Virus record (IMG/VR): IMGVR_UViG_3300048890_000142
Location: 22,651-86,650 of that record
Reading direction: 5' to 3' (one strand)
DNA: 64,000 bases
From: a virus
Lineage: Duplodnaviria > Caudoviricetes
Notes under the pieces: model-generated
Told to the model about the DNA's origin: nothing
What the model saw: the letters and a program-made list of their open reading frames with translations, nothing else
Databases searched by the model: none
Part shown: piece by piece, positions 20,375-29,883 of the stretch
Position numbering within the stretch: the stretch's first letter is position 1
How the letters are laid out: each line of letters starts with the position of its first letter
Made by a program: the position numbers and the translations under genes

Positions 20375-20776
20375 GTGGCCAACGTACGGATCGACCTCGA
20401 CCAGGTGCAGCTCCAGGTCCTGCTGCGCTCCGACGACGGCGTGGTGGGCAAGGACGCAATGAAGCGCGGCAAACGGGTCGAGGCCGCCGCGAAGCGCCGG
20501 GTACGCGTCCGGACCGGCCGGCTCCAGCGTTCCATCAAGGCGCGTCGCGACCGCTCCGAGGGTGAGGCCTCGGTGGTCGTCGAAGCCACCGCCAAGCACG
20601 CCCGGTTCGTCCACGACGGCACCGGGGTCTACGGGCCCACCGGACTCCCGATCCAGCCCAAGACCCGCAGCGTGTTGAAGTTTCGCGTCGGCGGCGTGAC
20701 GATCTTCGCCCCTTCCGTGCGCGGCCAGCACGGGACCCACTTCCTGCGCGACGCGCTGCCGGCCGCCGTCGAGTAG
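20375..20776 (+). CDS. HK97 gp10-like tail completion protein
   Basis: AAKRRVRVRTGRLQRSI, ARFVHDGTG, VRGQ...FLRDAL. Confidence 0.7.
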   Translation: MANVRIDLDQVQLQVLLRSDDGVVGKDAMKRGKRVEAAAKRRVRVRTGRLQRSIKARRDRSEGEASVVVEATAKHARFVHDGTGVYGPTGLPIQPKTRSVLKFRVGGVTIFAPSVRGQHGTHFLRDALPAAVE

Positions 20777-20856
20777 CTCTTGACGCTATCGAAGACGGGG
20801 GACCGGCTCGGGCTACCGTCATCCCGACCGCCGACGTGCGGAAGGAGAGAGCAGAC

Positions 20857-21321
20857 GTGACCAGTCCCGCGACCATGGTCGTCGACCTCGACGAGGAGGG
20901 TATCCCCGACTTCACCCCGCCACCCGGGCCCAGGTTCCGGATCTATGGGGAGGTGTACGAGGGCGTCCGGGAGATCGGCGCCGACACCATCATCGAGGTC
21001 ATGGCGAGCGTGCAGAACCTCGAGGGTGAGCCCGGGGACCAAGTGCGGCTAATCAAGGAGATCATGACGACCGTCCTGGTCGCCGAGTCGGCCCAGCGCT
21101 TCGTGGCCAACATGAGTAATCGCGTCGAGCCGATCGGCCTGCGGACCCTGACGACCACCCTCAACTGGCTGATCGAGCAGTACACCGGACGCCCTACCGA
21201 GCCGGGTTCGGACTCCTCGCCTGGGTCCGAGAGCCCGGAGTCTGGCACGAGCTCGACGGCTACTACCTCGGACGAGGAGTCGACGTCCTCCGACTACCGG
21301 CTGATCGATTCCTCAACGTGA
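20857..21321 (+). CDS. Tail assembly chaperone (G)
   Basis: AAGGAG RBS; WLIEQYTGRPT followed by an S/T-rich tail; upstream of the tape measure gene. Confidence 0.8.
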   Translation: MTSPATMVVDLDEEGIPDFTPPPGPRFRIYGEVYEGVREIGADTIIEVMASVQNLEGEPGDQVRLIKEIMTTVLVAESAQRFVANMSNRVEPIGLRTLTTTLNWLIEQYTGRPTEPGSDSSPGSESPESGTSSTATTSDEESTSSDYRLIDSST

Positions 21322-21542
21322 TCTACGCGACCATGGTGCGCAACCTGCGCGGCGACGAGAACGACCCGGGTGGACCGCGCCAGAAGCTGGACAGCACGCT
21401 CGGCGTCGCGAACTGGTCGGTTCCCGGCAGGGGCCTGACGGCTCGCCAGCGCCTGCGCCAGGACAACCCCGGGACGCCGGACTGGTGGTACGGGGACGAG
21501 GACGCTTCCCAGAGCTTCCTCACGGAGATGGGAGTGGGGTGA
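21195..21542 (+). CDS. Tail assembly chaperone C-terminal part (T), reached by a -1 frameshift
   Basis: The -1 frame is open 21120-21542 and encodes WHELDGYYLGRGVDVLRLPADRFLNVIY upstream of its first start codon (21318). Confidence 0.7.
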   Translation, partial: YRAGFGLLAWVREPGVWHELDGYYLGRGVDVLRLPADRFLNVIYATMVRNLRGDENDPGGPRQKLDSTLGVANWSVPGRGLTARQRLRQDNPGTPDWWYGDEDASQSFLTEMGVG

Positions 21543-21546
21543 CGTC

Positions 21547-24237
21547 GTGGCGGAGGTGATCGGACGCGCGCTCATCCGCGTCCTGCCCCAGACGGCCGAG
21601 TTCGCCGTGCATCTCCGCAACGACCTCAAGCGCACCTTTCAGACCATCACGGACAGCTTCGCGGTCCTCGGCACCCAGGCCCTGGCCGGTGCCGGCGTGG
21701 CGCTCGGCGGGGTGGCCTTCAACCTCGCCGGCGCCTTCGCCCTGATCCCGGCCGCGGCCGGGTCGGCGACCGTGGCCCTGGGTGCCCTGGCAGTGGGGTT
21801 CCAGGGGGTCGGCAAGGCGATCAAGGATGCCGGAGACCCCAAGAAGTTCGCCAAGGACCTCGAGAAGCTGTCCCCCGAGGCACGCAAGGCGGCGATCGCC
21901 GTCAAGGACCTCGGGATCCAGGCGGGGGCCTTCCGAGTAGCGGTCCAGGACGCCCTGTTCAAGGACATGGACGCGACCATCACCAAGCTGGGCAACACGC
22001 TGCTGCCCGGGGTGAAGAAGAACTTCGTCGAGATCGCCGCAGCGGTGAACGACGGGGCCCGCGCGTTCGCGATCTTCGCCGGGTCCAAGCAGACTGTAGC
22101 CGACCTCAACAACCTCTTCGCCAACACCAAGACCTCCCTGCACATCCTCGCGCCGGCGGGGATCGCGTTCGGCAGCGCGATCCGGGACATCGTCTCGGTC
22201 GGGTCCAACTTCCTCCCGATCATCGCGAGTTCGATCACCTCGGTCACCGAGAGGTTCGCCGCCTTCATCGCGAAGGCCCGAGACTCGGGGCAGCTCAGCG
22301 CCTTCTTCGCGCGCGGGATCCAGACGCTGCACACGCTGATCGACATCTTCAAGAACCTCGGGCAGACCGTTCTGTCGATCTTCCGCACCGCCAGCGGTGC
22401 CGGCGTGGGATTCCTCCAGTCGATCGACAACATCTCCAAGGCGCTCAAGGACTTCTTCACCAGCGACCCGGGTAAGTTCGCCGTTACCCAGTTCCTCACC
22501 TCCGCCAAGGAAGCCGCGGTAGCCCTGGGTCCGGTCCTCAAGGCCGTGTTCCTGGTCTTCTCCGGGGAGATCGCGCCGATCCTGGGCAACATCGGGAAGG
22601 TCTTGGGCCCTCCCGTCACGGAGTTCGTCAACGGTCTGGGGAAAGCCCTCAAGATCGCCGAGCCGGGCATCGACGCGCTCGCGCGCGGGTTCGGCGCGCT
22701 GGTACGAGGGATCGCGCCGGCGCTGCCGGCGGTCGGCCGGTTGGCCGACATCATCGGGCAGAGCCTGGGACACGTGCTCGAGGCCCTGGCGCCGACGCTC
22801 GAGAAGGTCGTGACGGTGCTGGCCAACTCGCTGGCCCTGGCGCTGAGCGATCCCAAACTGATCAACGGCCTGATCGCCATCGGCCAGGCCTTCGGCGATC
22901 TGATCATCGCGCTGGCTCCCCTGCTCCCCAGCCTCGCCGAGCTGGCCGGCATCATCCTCAAGGCCCTGGCCGACGTGCTGTCCGCGATCGCGCCGGTGTT
23001 GGCCGACGTGATCAAGCAGTTCATCGACGCCCTGCTGCCCTTCCTTCCCGGTCTGGTGCAGGCCTTCGTCGACCTCGTGAAGGCGATCCTTCCCCTGGTC
23101 AAGGATTTGCTGCCGCCGATGGTCGAGCTGATGAAGGTGCTGCTGCCGGTGATCCGGCCGGTCCTCGAGCTGATCGTCCTGTTCCTGCGGCTCGCGGAGC
23201 CGCTCATCAAGGTCATCGCCATCCTCGTAACCGCGATCCTGAAGTTCGTCGAGGCCGTGGAGCGAGGCATCGCCACCGCGGCGAGGATCTTCAAGTTCTT
23301 CGTCTTCACGATCTCGGGGGACAGCGAGAAGGCACGGGACTCGATGGTGGAGCGGATCGCCGGCGAGGCGGTGCCCGCGGTCATCGACTCGCTGGGGCAG
23401 GCCGGGGATGCGCTGACCAGGCTCGAGGGCGGGGTCTTCCACTTCGTGACGGTCATGTCCTTCGGTAGCGACGGGGCTGCTAACGCTGCCGAGCGACTCC
23501 AGAAGCGGTCCGGCACGGCGTTCGACGGGGTGTCCAACGCGGCGACCGATGCCGCCGTCAAGCTGGTCGCTACCCTGTTTCCCAGCTTCGACGCGATAGC
23601 GGAGAAGGGAGCGGGGGCGTTCTCGGCCATCGCGGATGCCGCCAACAGGTCGTTCCTCGTCACCGTCAAGCAGTCCCGCGACATCCTGCTCCAGGTGGCT
23701 CGCATATTCAGTTCGGCCGACTTCGGTCCCGCTGGGACGGCGTTGGTCGGCAGCTTCGCCGAGGGCATGGTCAACTCGCGAGCCCAGCTCTTGATTCAGA
23801 AGGCGGCCCGTCAGGTCGTCGAGGCGGTGGCCAGCTGGTTCCCGCACAGCCCGGCCGAGGTGGGTCCGTTCAGCGGGAGGGGCTGGACTCCCTTCCGCGG
23901 ACAGGCCCTCGTGGAGGGCTTCGCCCAGGGCATTTCGTCCGAAAAGGACACCCTCAATTCGGCTCTCGGCGGCCTCTTCGGCGACGTGGCCAACCAGTTC
24001 GGCGGCGTCCAGGCACCCAACGTGCCGATGCGCGTCGGGGCGTTCGGTAGCACCGGTGGAGCCTCCTCGGCCGCCGCTGTCGCCGGCGCGTCTGCCGGCG
24101 CCGCGGCCGGTGACGTGACCGAGGTGCACGTGTTCATCGGGGAGCAGGAGCTCACCCAGCTCGTGAACGGGGTCGTCGTCAAGAAGAACCGGGACACCAG
24201 GCGCAAGGCCCTGGCCGGCACGGGGAGGGCGCGGTGA
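21547..24237 (+). CDS. Tape measure protein (896 aa)
   Basis: Long Ala/Leu/Gly-rich helical protein with periodic Pro; C-terminal WFPHSPAEVGPFSG; position. Confidence 0.92.
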   Translation: MAEVIGRALIRVLPQTAEFAVHLRNDLKRTFQTITDSFAVLGTQALAGAGVALGGVAFNLAGAFALIPAAAGSATVALGALAVGFQGVGKAIKDAGDPKKFAKDLEKLSPEARKAAIAVKDLGIQAGAFRVAVQDALFKDMDATITKLGNTLLPGVKKNFVEIAAAVNDGARAFAIFAGSKQTVADLNNLFANTKTSLHILAPAGIAFGSAIRDIVSVGSNFLPIIASSITSVTERFAAFIAKARDSGQLSAFFARGIQTLHTLIDIFKNLGQTVLSIFRTASGAGVGFLQSIDNISKALKDFFTSDPGKFAVTQFLTSAKEAAVALGPVLKAVFLVFSGEIAPILGNIGKVLGPPVTEFVNGLGKALKIAEPGIDALARGFGALVRGIAPALPAVGRLADIIGQSLGHVLEALAPTLEKVVTVLANSLALALSDPKLINGLIAIGQAFGDLIIALAPLLPSLAELAGIILKALADVLSAIAPVLADVIKQFIDALLPFLPGLVQAFVDLVKAILPLVKDLLPPMVELMKVLLPVIRPVLELIVLFLRLAEPLIKVIAILVTAILKFVEAVERGIATAARIFKFFVFTISGDSEKARDSMVERIAGEAVPAVIDSLGQAGDALTRLEGGVFHFVTVMSFGSDGAANAAERLQKRSGTAFDGVSNAATDAAVKLVATLFPSFDAIAEKGAGAFSAIADAANRSFLVTVKQSRDILLQVARIFSSADFGPAGTALVGSFAEGMVNSRAQLLIQKAARQVVEAVASWFPHSPAEVGPFSGRGWTPFRGQALVEGFAQGISSEKDTLNSALGGLFGDVANQFGGVQAPNVPMRVGAFGSTGGASSAAAVAGASAGAAAGDVTEVHVFIGEQELTQLVNGVVVKKNRDTRRKALAGTGRAR

Positions 24238-25652
24238 GCATCACCCTCACTTACGAGTCGACGCTGTCCCGCGTGAAGGTCGTGGCCACCGGGATGGGTA
24301 CCGCCACCACCGGCCTGGTCGAGAAGTCGCTCAACCAGATCACCTGGACGGTAGTGCGCGGCGGGCAGGACGCCCCGATCGTCGGCGGCACCCTCACGGT
24401 CTACGACTACGAGTTCACCTCCGACGTGGTGAATTACTACCGCGTGACGACCCCCAAGGACGTCTCCTTCGTCTCCAAGGGCACGGTCGCGCACGGAGAC
24501 AACGCCAGCCTGAACCCTGGCCTGCCGGCCGGTGGAGCCGCGGGGGACACGCTGGTGCTCACCAGCGCGATCTTCGGCCTCGCGGCGTTCCCGCAGACTC
24601 CCGCCGGGTACACCCTCATCGGCAACGCGTCGAACTTTCGCGTCTTCGCCAAGTCCCACGTGGGTGGCGGCGAGGTCGCGCCTACGGTCGCCTTTTCCGG
24701 CGGCGTCGCCGGCGACACGACCTCGGCCCAGCTCGCCTGCTTCCGCAACCTGTCGGGACCTTCTCTCGCCGACGCCCTCGCCCTGAGCCTGCGTACTCCG
24801 GCCGCGCAGAACATCGCCTACGGAGCCCTCGCGGTCAGCCCGACCCACGCCCTGATCCTCTACACCGGCTGGAAGGCCGACGACTGGACGACTACCGGGA
24901 CCCTGGCCGGCGACGGCGGAGTCGGCGTGAAGATCGACGACCCCTCCACGACCACCGGCAGTGACCAGGGGTTGGTCTGGGACTACTGCATCCAGACCAC
25001 CAAGGTCAACGTCGCCGCCGGGTCCTTCGTCGTCACCGGAGGGGGAGCGGCGCTGTCCAGCAGCATGATCATGGACTTCAAGCCGGCGGACCTGATTCAG
25101 ACCGCCAACATCACGCCCTCCATCAGTGGCGTGTGGTTGAAGTCGATCGAGTTTCCCTTCCTGAATCGGCAGCTCTTCTGCGTCACGAACATCTCGCCGA
25201 TCACCAGGCGAACGCGCACGGCGCTGTTCGACGTCATCGGTCGCAGCTATCCCGTCGCGATCACCGACCTGAGGCGCTCCAAGGAGCTCAGCGTCGACGT
25301 CGTGACCCAGACGGCGACCCAGTGGCAGGATCTGGACCTCGCTCTCTCGACCGGCGGCGAGATGTTCTTCCAGACTCCGGCCAGCTACCCGTACCCCTCG
25401 CTTTACGTCGTCGTAGGCGACGTCGTCATGGCCCGTCCACTGCTCAACAGGACCTGCAACAACGACTGGCGGGTGTTCACTCTCCCGCTCACCGAGGTCG
25501 CGGCGCCGGGCCCGGACGTGGTCGGCTCCACGGTCACCTGGCAGGGAGTACTCAACGCGTTCGCTACCTGGCAAGACGTGATCAACGCGAAGGCCACCTG
25601 GCTGGACCTCCTTCAGAGCGTGGGCACTCCGGCCGACGTGATCGTGCCGTGA
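24234..25652 (+). CDS. Distal tail (Dit) protein with an inserted beta-rich domain
   Basis: DYEF..VVNYYRV at the N-terminus and WLKSI..GRSYPVAITD at the C-terminus, separated by a ~200-aa G/A/T-rich insert. Confidence 0.7.
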   Translation: MSITLTYESTLSRVKVVATGMGTATTGLVEKSLNQITWTVVRGGQDAPIVGGTLTVYDYEFTSDVVNYYRVTTPKDVSFVSKGTVAHGDNASLNPGLPAGGAAGDTLVLTSAIFGLAAFPQTPAGYTLIGNASNFRVFAKSHVGGGEVAPTVAFSGGVAGDTTSAQLACFRNLSGPSLADALALSLRTPAAQNIAYGALAVSPTHALILYTGWKADDWTTTGTLAGDGGVGVKIDDPSTTTGSDQGLVWDYCIQTTKVNVAAGSFVVTGGGAALSSSMIMDFKPADLIQTANITPSISGVWLKSIEFPFLNRQLFCVTNISPITRRTRTALFDVIGRSYPVAITDLRRSKELSVDVVTQTATQWQDLDLALSTGGEMFFQTPASYPYPSLYVVVGDVVMARPLLNRTCNNDWRVFTLPLTEVAAPGPDVVGSTVTWQGVLNAFATWQDVINAKATWLDLLQSVGTPADVIVP

Positions 25653-25666
25653 GGGGGGGATGACGC

Positions 25667-26791
25667 GTGAGGCCAGTCAGCGCGGCGTTCAACCGCATCG
25701 TTCGGGGCAGCCACTCCATCGAGGTCGCGGCCCGGGTCCTGACCACCTACCAGGAGGGCGTGAACCCGCTCGGGACCAGCCTGCAGGTCATCCGAGGCGA
25801 GGTCCACATGGACTCCACCGCGGACGTGCGCAGCACCCTGACCCTGGAGGTCAACGGAGACGGGATGTGGCCGCTGGAGCCGACCGGGCTGCTCACCCCC
25901 TACGGAAACGAGGTGTTCGTCCAGCGCGGCGTTGTGGTGTCCGCCGACGGCTCTTCCGAGCTCGTCTCACTCGGGTACTTCCGCATCTACTCGGTGGACC
26001 AGGACGGCACCACGGACACCTCCATCACCCTGGAGTGTCGGGACCGGATGTCCGGGATCGTCGACGCGAGGCTGGAGGCGCCGATCCAGTTTCAGTCCTC
26101 GCAGTCGGTCCAGGACGTCTTCACCCAGCTCGTGCACGACGTGTACCCGACCGCGACGATCGTCTTCGACTTCGACGCGGCAGGCACCTTGCTCGGCGCC
26201 GACCAGGTGGCCGACGAGGACCGCTACGGCTTCCTGCTGGATGTGGCCCGATCTCGCGGGAAGGTCATCTACTGGGACTACGCGGGCCGGCTGCAGGTCA
26301 AGACGGCGCCGGACCCCACGGTGCCCGTCTTCGACGTCAACGCGGGACTGAACGGGGTCCTGATCCGGCTGCGGCGCACGCTGGACCGAGACGGGGTCTA
26401 CAACGCCGTCGTCGCGCTCGGCGAGTCCCCGAGCGGCGACGAGCCGGTTCGGGCGGTGGCTCGAGACCTGGACCCTGCCTCGCCCACCATGTGGGGCGGT
26501 CGGTTCGGCAAGGTGCCCCGCTTCTTCTACTCCGCCTTCATGCGCACCGTCCAACAGGCCTCCGACGCCGCGGTCGCGATGCTCCAGCGCAGCATCGGGT
26601 TGCCGTACAACGTCGACTTCACCGCGGTACCCAACCCCGCTCTCGAGCCCCTGGACCCGATCCTGATCTCGCACGAGGACAAATCGGAGCTCCACGTCAT
26701 CGAGACCCTCGCGATCCCGCTGCACAAGGACGACCCCATGTCGGGCACCACCCGCAAGCAGACCGGATCCGTGATCGAGGTGGACACGTGA
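25667..26791 (+). CDS. Baseplate hub / minor tail protein (DUF5047-like)
   Basis: GLLTPYGNEV, LGYFRI, DGVYNAVVA, FGKVPRFF and PNPALEPLD. Confidence 0.75.
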   Translation: MRPVSAAFNRIVRGSHSIEVAARVLTTYQEGVNPLGTSLQVIRGEVHMDSTADVRSTLTLEVNGDGMWPLEPTGLLTPYGNEVFVQRGVVVSADGSSELVSLGYFRIYSVDQDGTTDTSITLECRDRMSGIVDARLEAPIQFQSSQSVQDVFTQLVHDVYPTATIVFDFDAAGTLLGADQVADEDRYGFLLDVARSRGKVIYWDYAGRLQVKTAPDPTVPVFDVNAGLNGVLIRLRRTLDRDGVYNAVVALGESPSGDEPVRAVARDLDPASPTMWGGRFGKVPRFFYSAFMRTVQQASDAAVAMLQRSIGLPYNVDFTAVPNPALEPLDPILISHEDKSELHVIETLAIPLHKDDPMSGTTRKQTGSVIEVDT

Positions 26792-27468
26792 GCAACCGGA
26801 CCGACGAGATCACCCAGTTCCTCAGCGTCACCTCCTCGCTGGCCAGCGCGGGGCGCAACGGCAGCTCGGACAGCGAAATCAGCTTCCACCAGGGACGGAT
26901 CCTGTCCTGGAACGGGTCGGGCGGGACCAACTCCATCGAGGTCGCGGGGGCGGTGCTCACCAACCTGCCCGCCCTCACCTCGGCCGGCCTGATCGCCCTG
27001 CGCGAGGGCGACGTGGTGGGCGTGCTGCGCTACCGGACCTCCTACTTCATCTTGGGACGCGTCGTCGCGCTGAATACCCAGCTCGTCGAACCGCAGTGGC
27101 CGATCGTGGTCTACCCGCAGTTCCAGCGCAGCGAGGCCCTCGGGGTCGCCGGGTACACCTCTATCGCAGCCGGCTCGCTCTACACCTGGGAAGGCCGCAT
27201 CCGCGTGAGCCACCCGAAGATCGAGATCGACGGAGTGTGGGGCCAATCCAGCGGGACGAATACCACCACCTACGCGATCAAGCTCGGCGGCAACGTCGTG
27301 GGGCAGTGGACGGTGGGCGGGGCACTGGAGGTCGCCCGGCACGGGCCGTACGACATCAGCCAGTTCATCGGTCAGGACTGGCTCAAGATAGAGGTCGCGA
27401 TCACCGTCAGCACCGGTACCGGGCAAGTCGCATTCCAGCCCCTCGGCCTCTACTTCCGGCAGACCTAG
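26788..27468 (+). CDS. Minor tail protein
   Basis: OB-like FHQGRILSW...LREGDVV...YFILGRV followed by a beta-sandwich; GTGA overlap. Confidence 0.7.
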   Translation: MSNRTDEITQFLSVTSSLASAGRNGSSDSEISFHQGRILSWNGSGGTNSIEVAGAVLTNLPALTSAGLIALREGDVVGVLRYRTSYFILGRVVALNTQLVEPQWPIVVYPQFQRSEALGVAGYTSIAAGSLYTWEGRIRVSHPKIEIDGVWGQSSGTNTTTYAIKLGGNVVGQWTVGGALEVARHGPYDISQFIGQDWLKIEVAITVSTGTGQVAFQPLGLYFRQT

Positions 27469-27480
27469 GAGGTCACTCCG

Positions 27481-28083
27481 ATGCCCGTTACCCCGATCTA
27501 CGGCATCCCGTACCCGGCCCTGTCGGATCCTCCGAACGGACCGAGCCAGATGCAGGCGCTCGCCCTGGAGGTCGAGACCGAGCTGGCGCGAATCGACGCC
27601 GTCGACGGCACGCAGAACTCGAACATCGCGGCCCTGCAGTCGGCGACCAACGTCCCGACGTTCTTCATCCGCAATACCGCGGCGCAGTCACTCAACAACA
27701 CCACCTTCACCGCGCTGCTGTTCAACACTGACGACAACGACAGCGACAACGGACACAGTACGGTCACCAACACCGACCGATACACCGTGCCGAAGTCCGG
27801 CCTCTGGCAGGTGTCGGGAGGATGCAGCTTCGCGCCGAACGCCACGGGCATCAGGATCGTCCGACTGACGATCAACGGGAACAACATCGCCGGGTCGGGT
27901 AACTCTTCCCCGAACCTCGGCGGTTCCGAGTTCTCCCAGGTGATCAGTCGGGTCGCCCGCGTGCAGTGCTCGGCCGGGGACATCCTGCGGATCGAAGCCT
28001 GGCAGAGCAGCGGCGGCGCACTGAACACGGCCACAACCGACTACGTCCAGCCGAGCTTCACCGGCCAGTGGCTGAAGACCTAG
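27481..28083 (+). CDS. Minor tail/fibre protein (C1q-like C-terminus)
   Basis: PVTPIYGIPYP...QMQALA; YTVPKSGLWQVSG. Confidence 0.7.
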   Translation: MPVTPIYGIPYPALSDPPNGPSQMQALALEVETELARIDAVDGTQNSNIAALQSATNVPTFFIRNTAAQSLNNTTFTALLFNTDDNDSDNGHSTVTNTDRYTVPKSGLWQVSGGCSFAPNATGIRIVRLTINGNNIAGSGNSSPNLGGSEFSQVISRVARVQCSAGDILRIEAWQSSGGALNTATTDYVQPSFTGQWLKT

Positions 28084-28096
28084 TAGAGTAACCACC

Positions 28097-29185
28097 GTGA
28101 AGGTACTGGTCATTCCCGCTGACCGGTACGGCTGCGGCGCCCATCGGCTGATCTGGCCGAGCGAGGAGCTGCACCGCGCCGGCCACGACGTCACGGTGGT
28201 CGATCCGGGTGCGCGCCGCCTGGAGCTCCGCATGGCCGGGGACGAGGTCGTCGGCGTCAACCTCGACCCCGCCTACGAGGTCGTGGTGATGCAGCGGGTC
28301 TCGCACGCCTACCTGGCCCAGGCCGTCGGCGTACTGCGCCGGCAGGGACACGCCGTGGTGGTCGACGTCGACGACGACCTGGCCGCCATTCACCCGGCCA
28401 ACCCCGCCTTCGCGTGGCTGCACCCGACCAAGAGTCCGAAAGAGACTCTAGGCGGCCAGCCGAACCTGCACTCCTGGGCCAACGTGGCGCGAGCCTGTCG
28501 AGACGCGTCCCTGGTCACAGCGACGACGCCGGCCCTACAGCAGCGCTACGCGGCGCACGGGCGCGGCGCGGTGCTCCCGAACTACCTGGCCGAGCACTAC
28601 TACGGGATCGCGCACGAGGACTCGGACCTGGTGGGCTGGCCGGCGGCGCTGCACTCCCACCCGGACGACCCGAGCGCGGTCGGGCCCGCCGTGGCGCGCC
28701 TGATCGGCGAGGGCGTCCGGTTCCGCGGGTTCGGGCTCGCCGACGACCTGGGCAAGGTGTTCGGCGTGCCCCGAGACCAGTGGGCCAGGATCGACGGGTG
28801 CCGGGAACACATCGAGCTGGAGGACTGGCCGAGCAGGTTGGCCGAGATCGGGACCGGGCTCACCCCGCTCGCCGACACCCGGTTCAACCAGGCCAAGTCG
28901 TGGCTCAAGCCGCTCGAACTGGCCGCGGTCGGGGTACCGTGGGTCGGTTCCCCGCGCGCCGAGTACCAGCGTCTGCACCGACTGGGCTGCGGGGTGCTGG
29001 TCGACCGACCGAAGGACTGGTACTCGCGGGTCCGTCGCCTCGTGGGTGATCCTGACCTGCGAGCGGACCTCTCCGCCATGGGACGGACGGTGGCCGACGG
29101 GCTGCGCCTGCGCGACCACGCGTGGCGCTGGATGGAAGCTTGGGAACGCGCCCTGGAACTCGACGGACGACTGGTGAGGAGCTGA
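28097..29185 (+). CDS. Glycosyltransferase (GT-B, GT4-like)
   Basis: GCGAHRLIWP, VVVMQR, VVDVDDDL, PLADTRFNQAKSWLKPLELAAVGVPWV. Confidence 0.82.
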   Translation: MKVLVIPADRYGCGAHRLIWPSEELHRAGHDVTVVDPGARRLELRMAGDEVVGVNLDPAYEVVVMQRVSHAYLAQAVGVLRRQGHAVVVDVDDDLAAIHPANPAFAWLHPTKSPKETLGGQPNLHSWANVARACRDASLVTATTPALQQRYAAHGRGAVLPNYLAEHYYGIAHEDSDLVGWPAALHSHPDDPSAVGPAVARLIGEGVRFRGFGLADDLGKVFGVPRDQWARIDGCREHIELEDWPSRLAEIGTGLTPLADTRFNQAKSWLKPLELAAVGVPWVGSPRAEYQRLHRLGCGVLVDRPKDWYSRVRRLVGDPDLRADLSAMGRTVADGLRLRDHAWRWMEAWERALELDGRLVRS

Positions 29186-29190
29186 TCGAC

Positions 29191-29538
29191 GTGGCCGCTA
29201 CCCTCGACGACGCCACCTACGACGACCCGTACGACCTCGGCGACGGAGTAAGCGCCTGCTACGTCGGCTGGGCCCCCGACCGCGAGCTGAACCCGCAGTA
29301 CGAGGGCGTCCTAGACGAGCCGCGATACGGCCTGATCGAGTTCCATCGGACCCCCGATGGCGAATCCTGCAGCGGCACGGTGACCTTCGACGGCGAGGTC
29401 CAGCGGCGGATCGAGGCCTCCGATCGACCGACCTGGACGGTAGAGTCCTGGGACCCGCTGACGCTGAGTCCCTCGATCCTCTGCCAGCGGTGCGGGCACC
29501 ACGGATTCATCCGCGAGGGACGCTGGGTCAGCGCTTAA
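29191..29538 (+). CDS. DUF6527-like zinc-binding protein
   Basis: WTVESWDPLTLSPSILCQRCGHHGFIREGRW. Confidence 0.65.
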   Translation: MAATLDDATYDDPYDLGDGVSACYVGWAPDRELNPQYEGVLDEPRYGLIEFHRTPDGESCSGTVTFDGEVQRRIEASDRPTWTVESWDPLTLSPSILCQRCGHHGFIREGRWVSA

Positions 29539-29598
29539 GCGACGGTCGGGCCGGCGCCCACCACTACGAGGAGCAGGAGGCGGCACAGCGCTTCCTGA

Positions 29599-29853
29599 TC
29601 AGCACGCGTCACCGATCCTCACCGCGTTGTATTTATTCTGCGTGACCTCGTCGTGCCGGAGCACCAGTTCGTCTTCGCTGTTGACGGTCTTCTTCCCGAC
29701 GCGGCAGTCGATCACCCAGTGCTCGTGCTGGCTCTCGTCAACGAAATGGCGCTTGTCGAACACGTAGTGGTTAGGCGTGTCCTGACACGCGCTCAGCGTG
29801 AGCACCAGCGCCATGATCGCCCACGCCCCCTGCCGCCTCCATCTTCCGTCCAC
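29599..29853 (-). CDS. Lipoprotein
   Basis: Signal peptide with lipobox LSAC. Confidence 0.6.
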   Translation of the reverse strand: MDGRWRRQGAWAIMALVLTLSACQDTPNHYVFDKRHFVDESQHEHWVIDCRVGKKTVNSEDELVLRHDEVTQNKYNAVRIGDAC

Positions 29854-29883
29854 TATCTCTCCATCTCCCTTCGTTCGGTCTTC

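Noticed and set aside
21520-24129. Long antisense ORFs (e.g. 21520-24129, 10774-12693, 23811-25574, 39666-41174, 61870-63891, 62136-63824)
   Set aside because: Shadow frames typical of high-GC coding DNA; they overlap well-supported genes and have no motifs.
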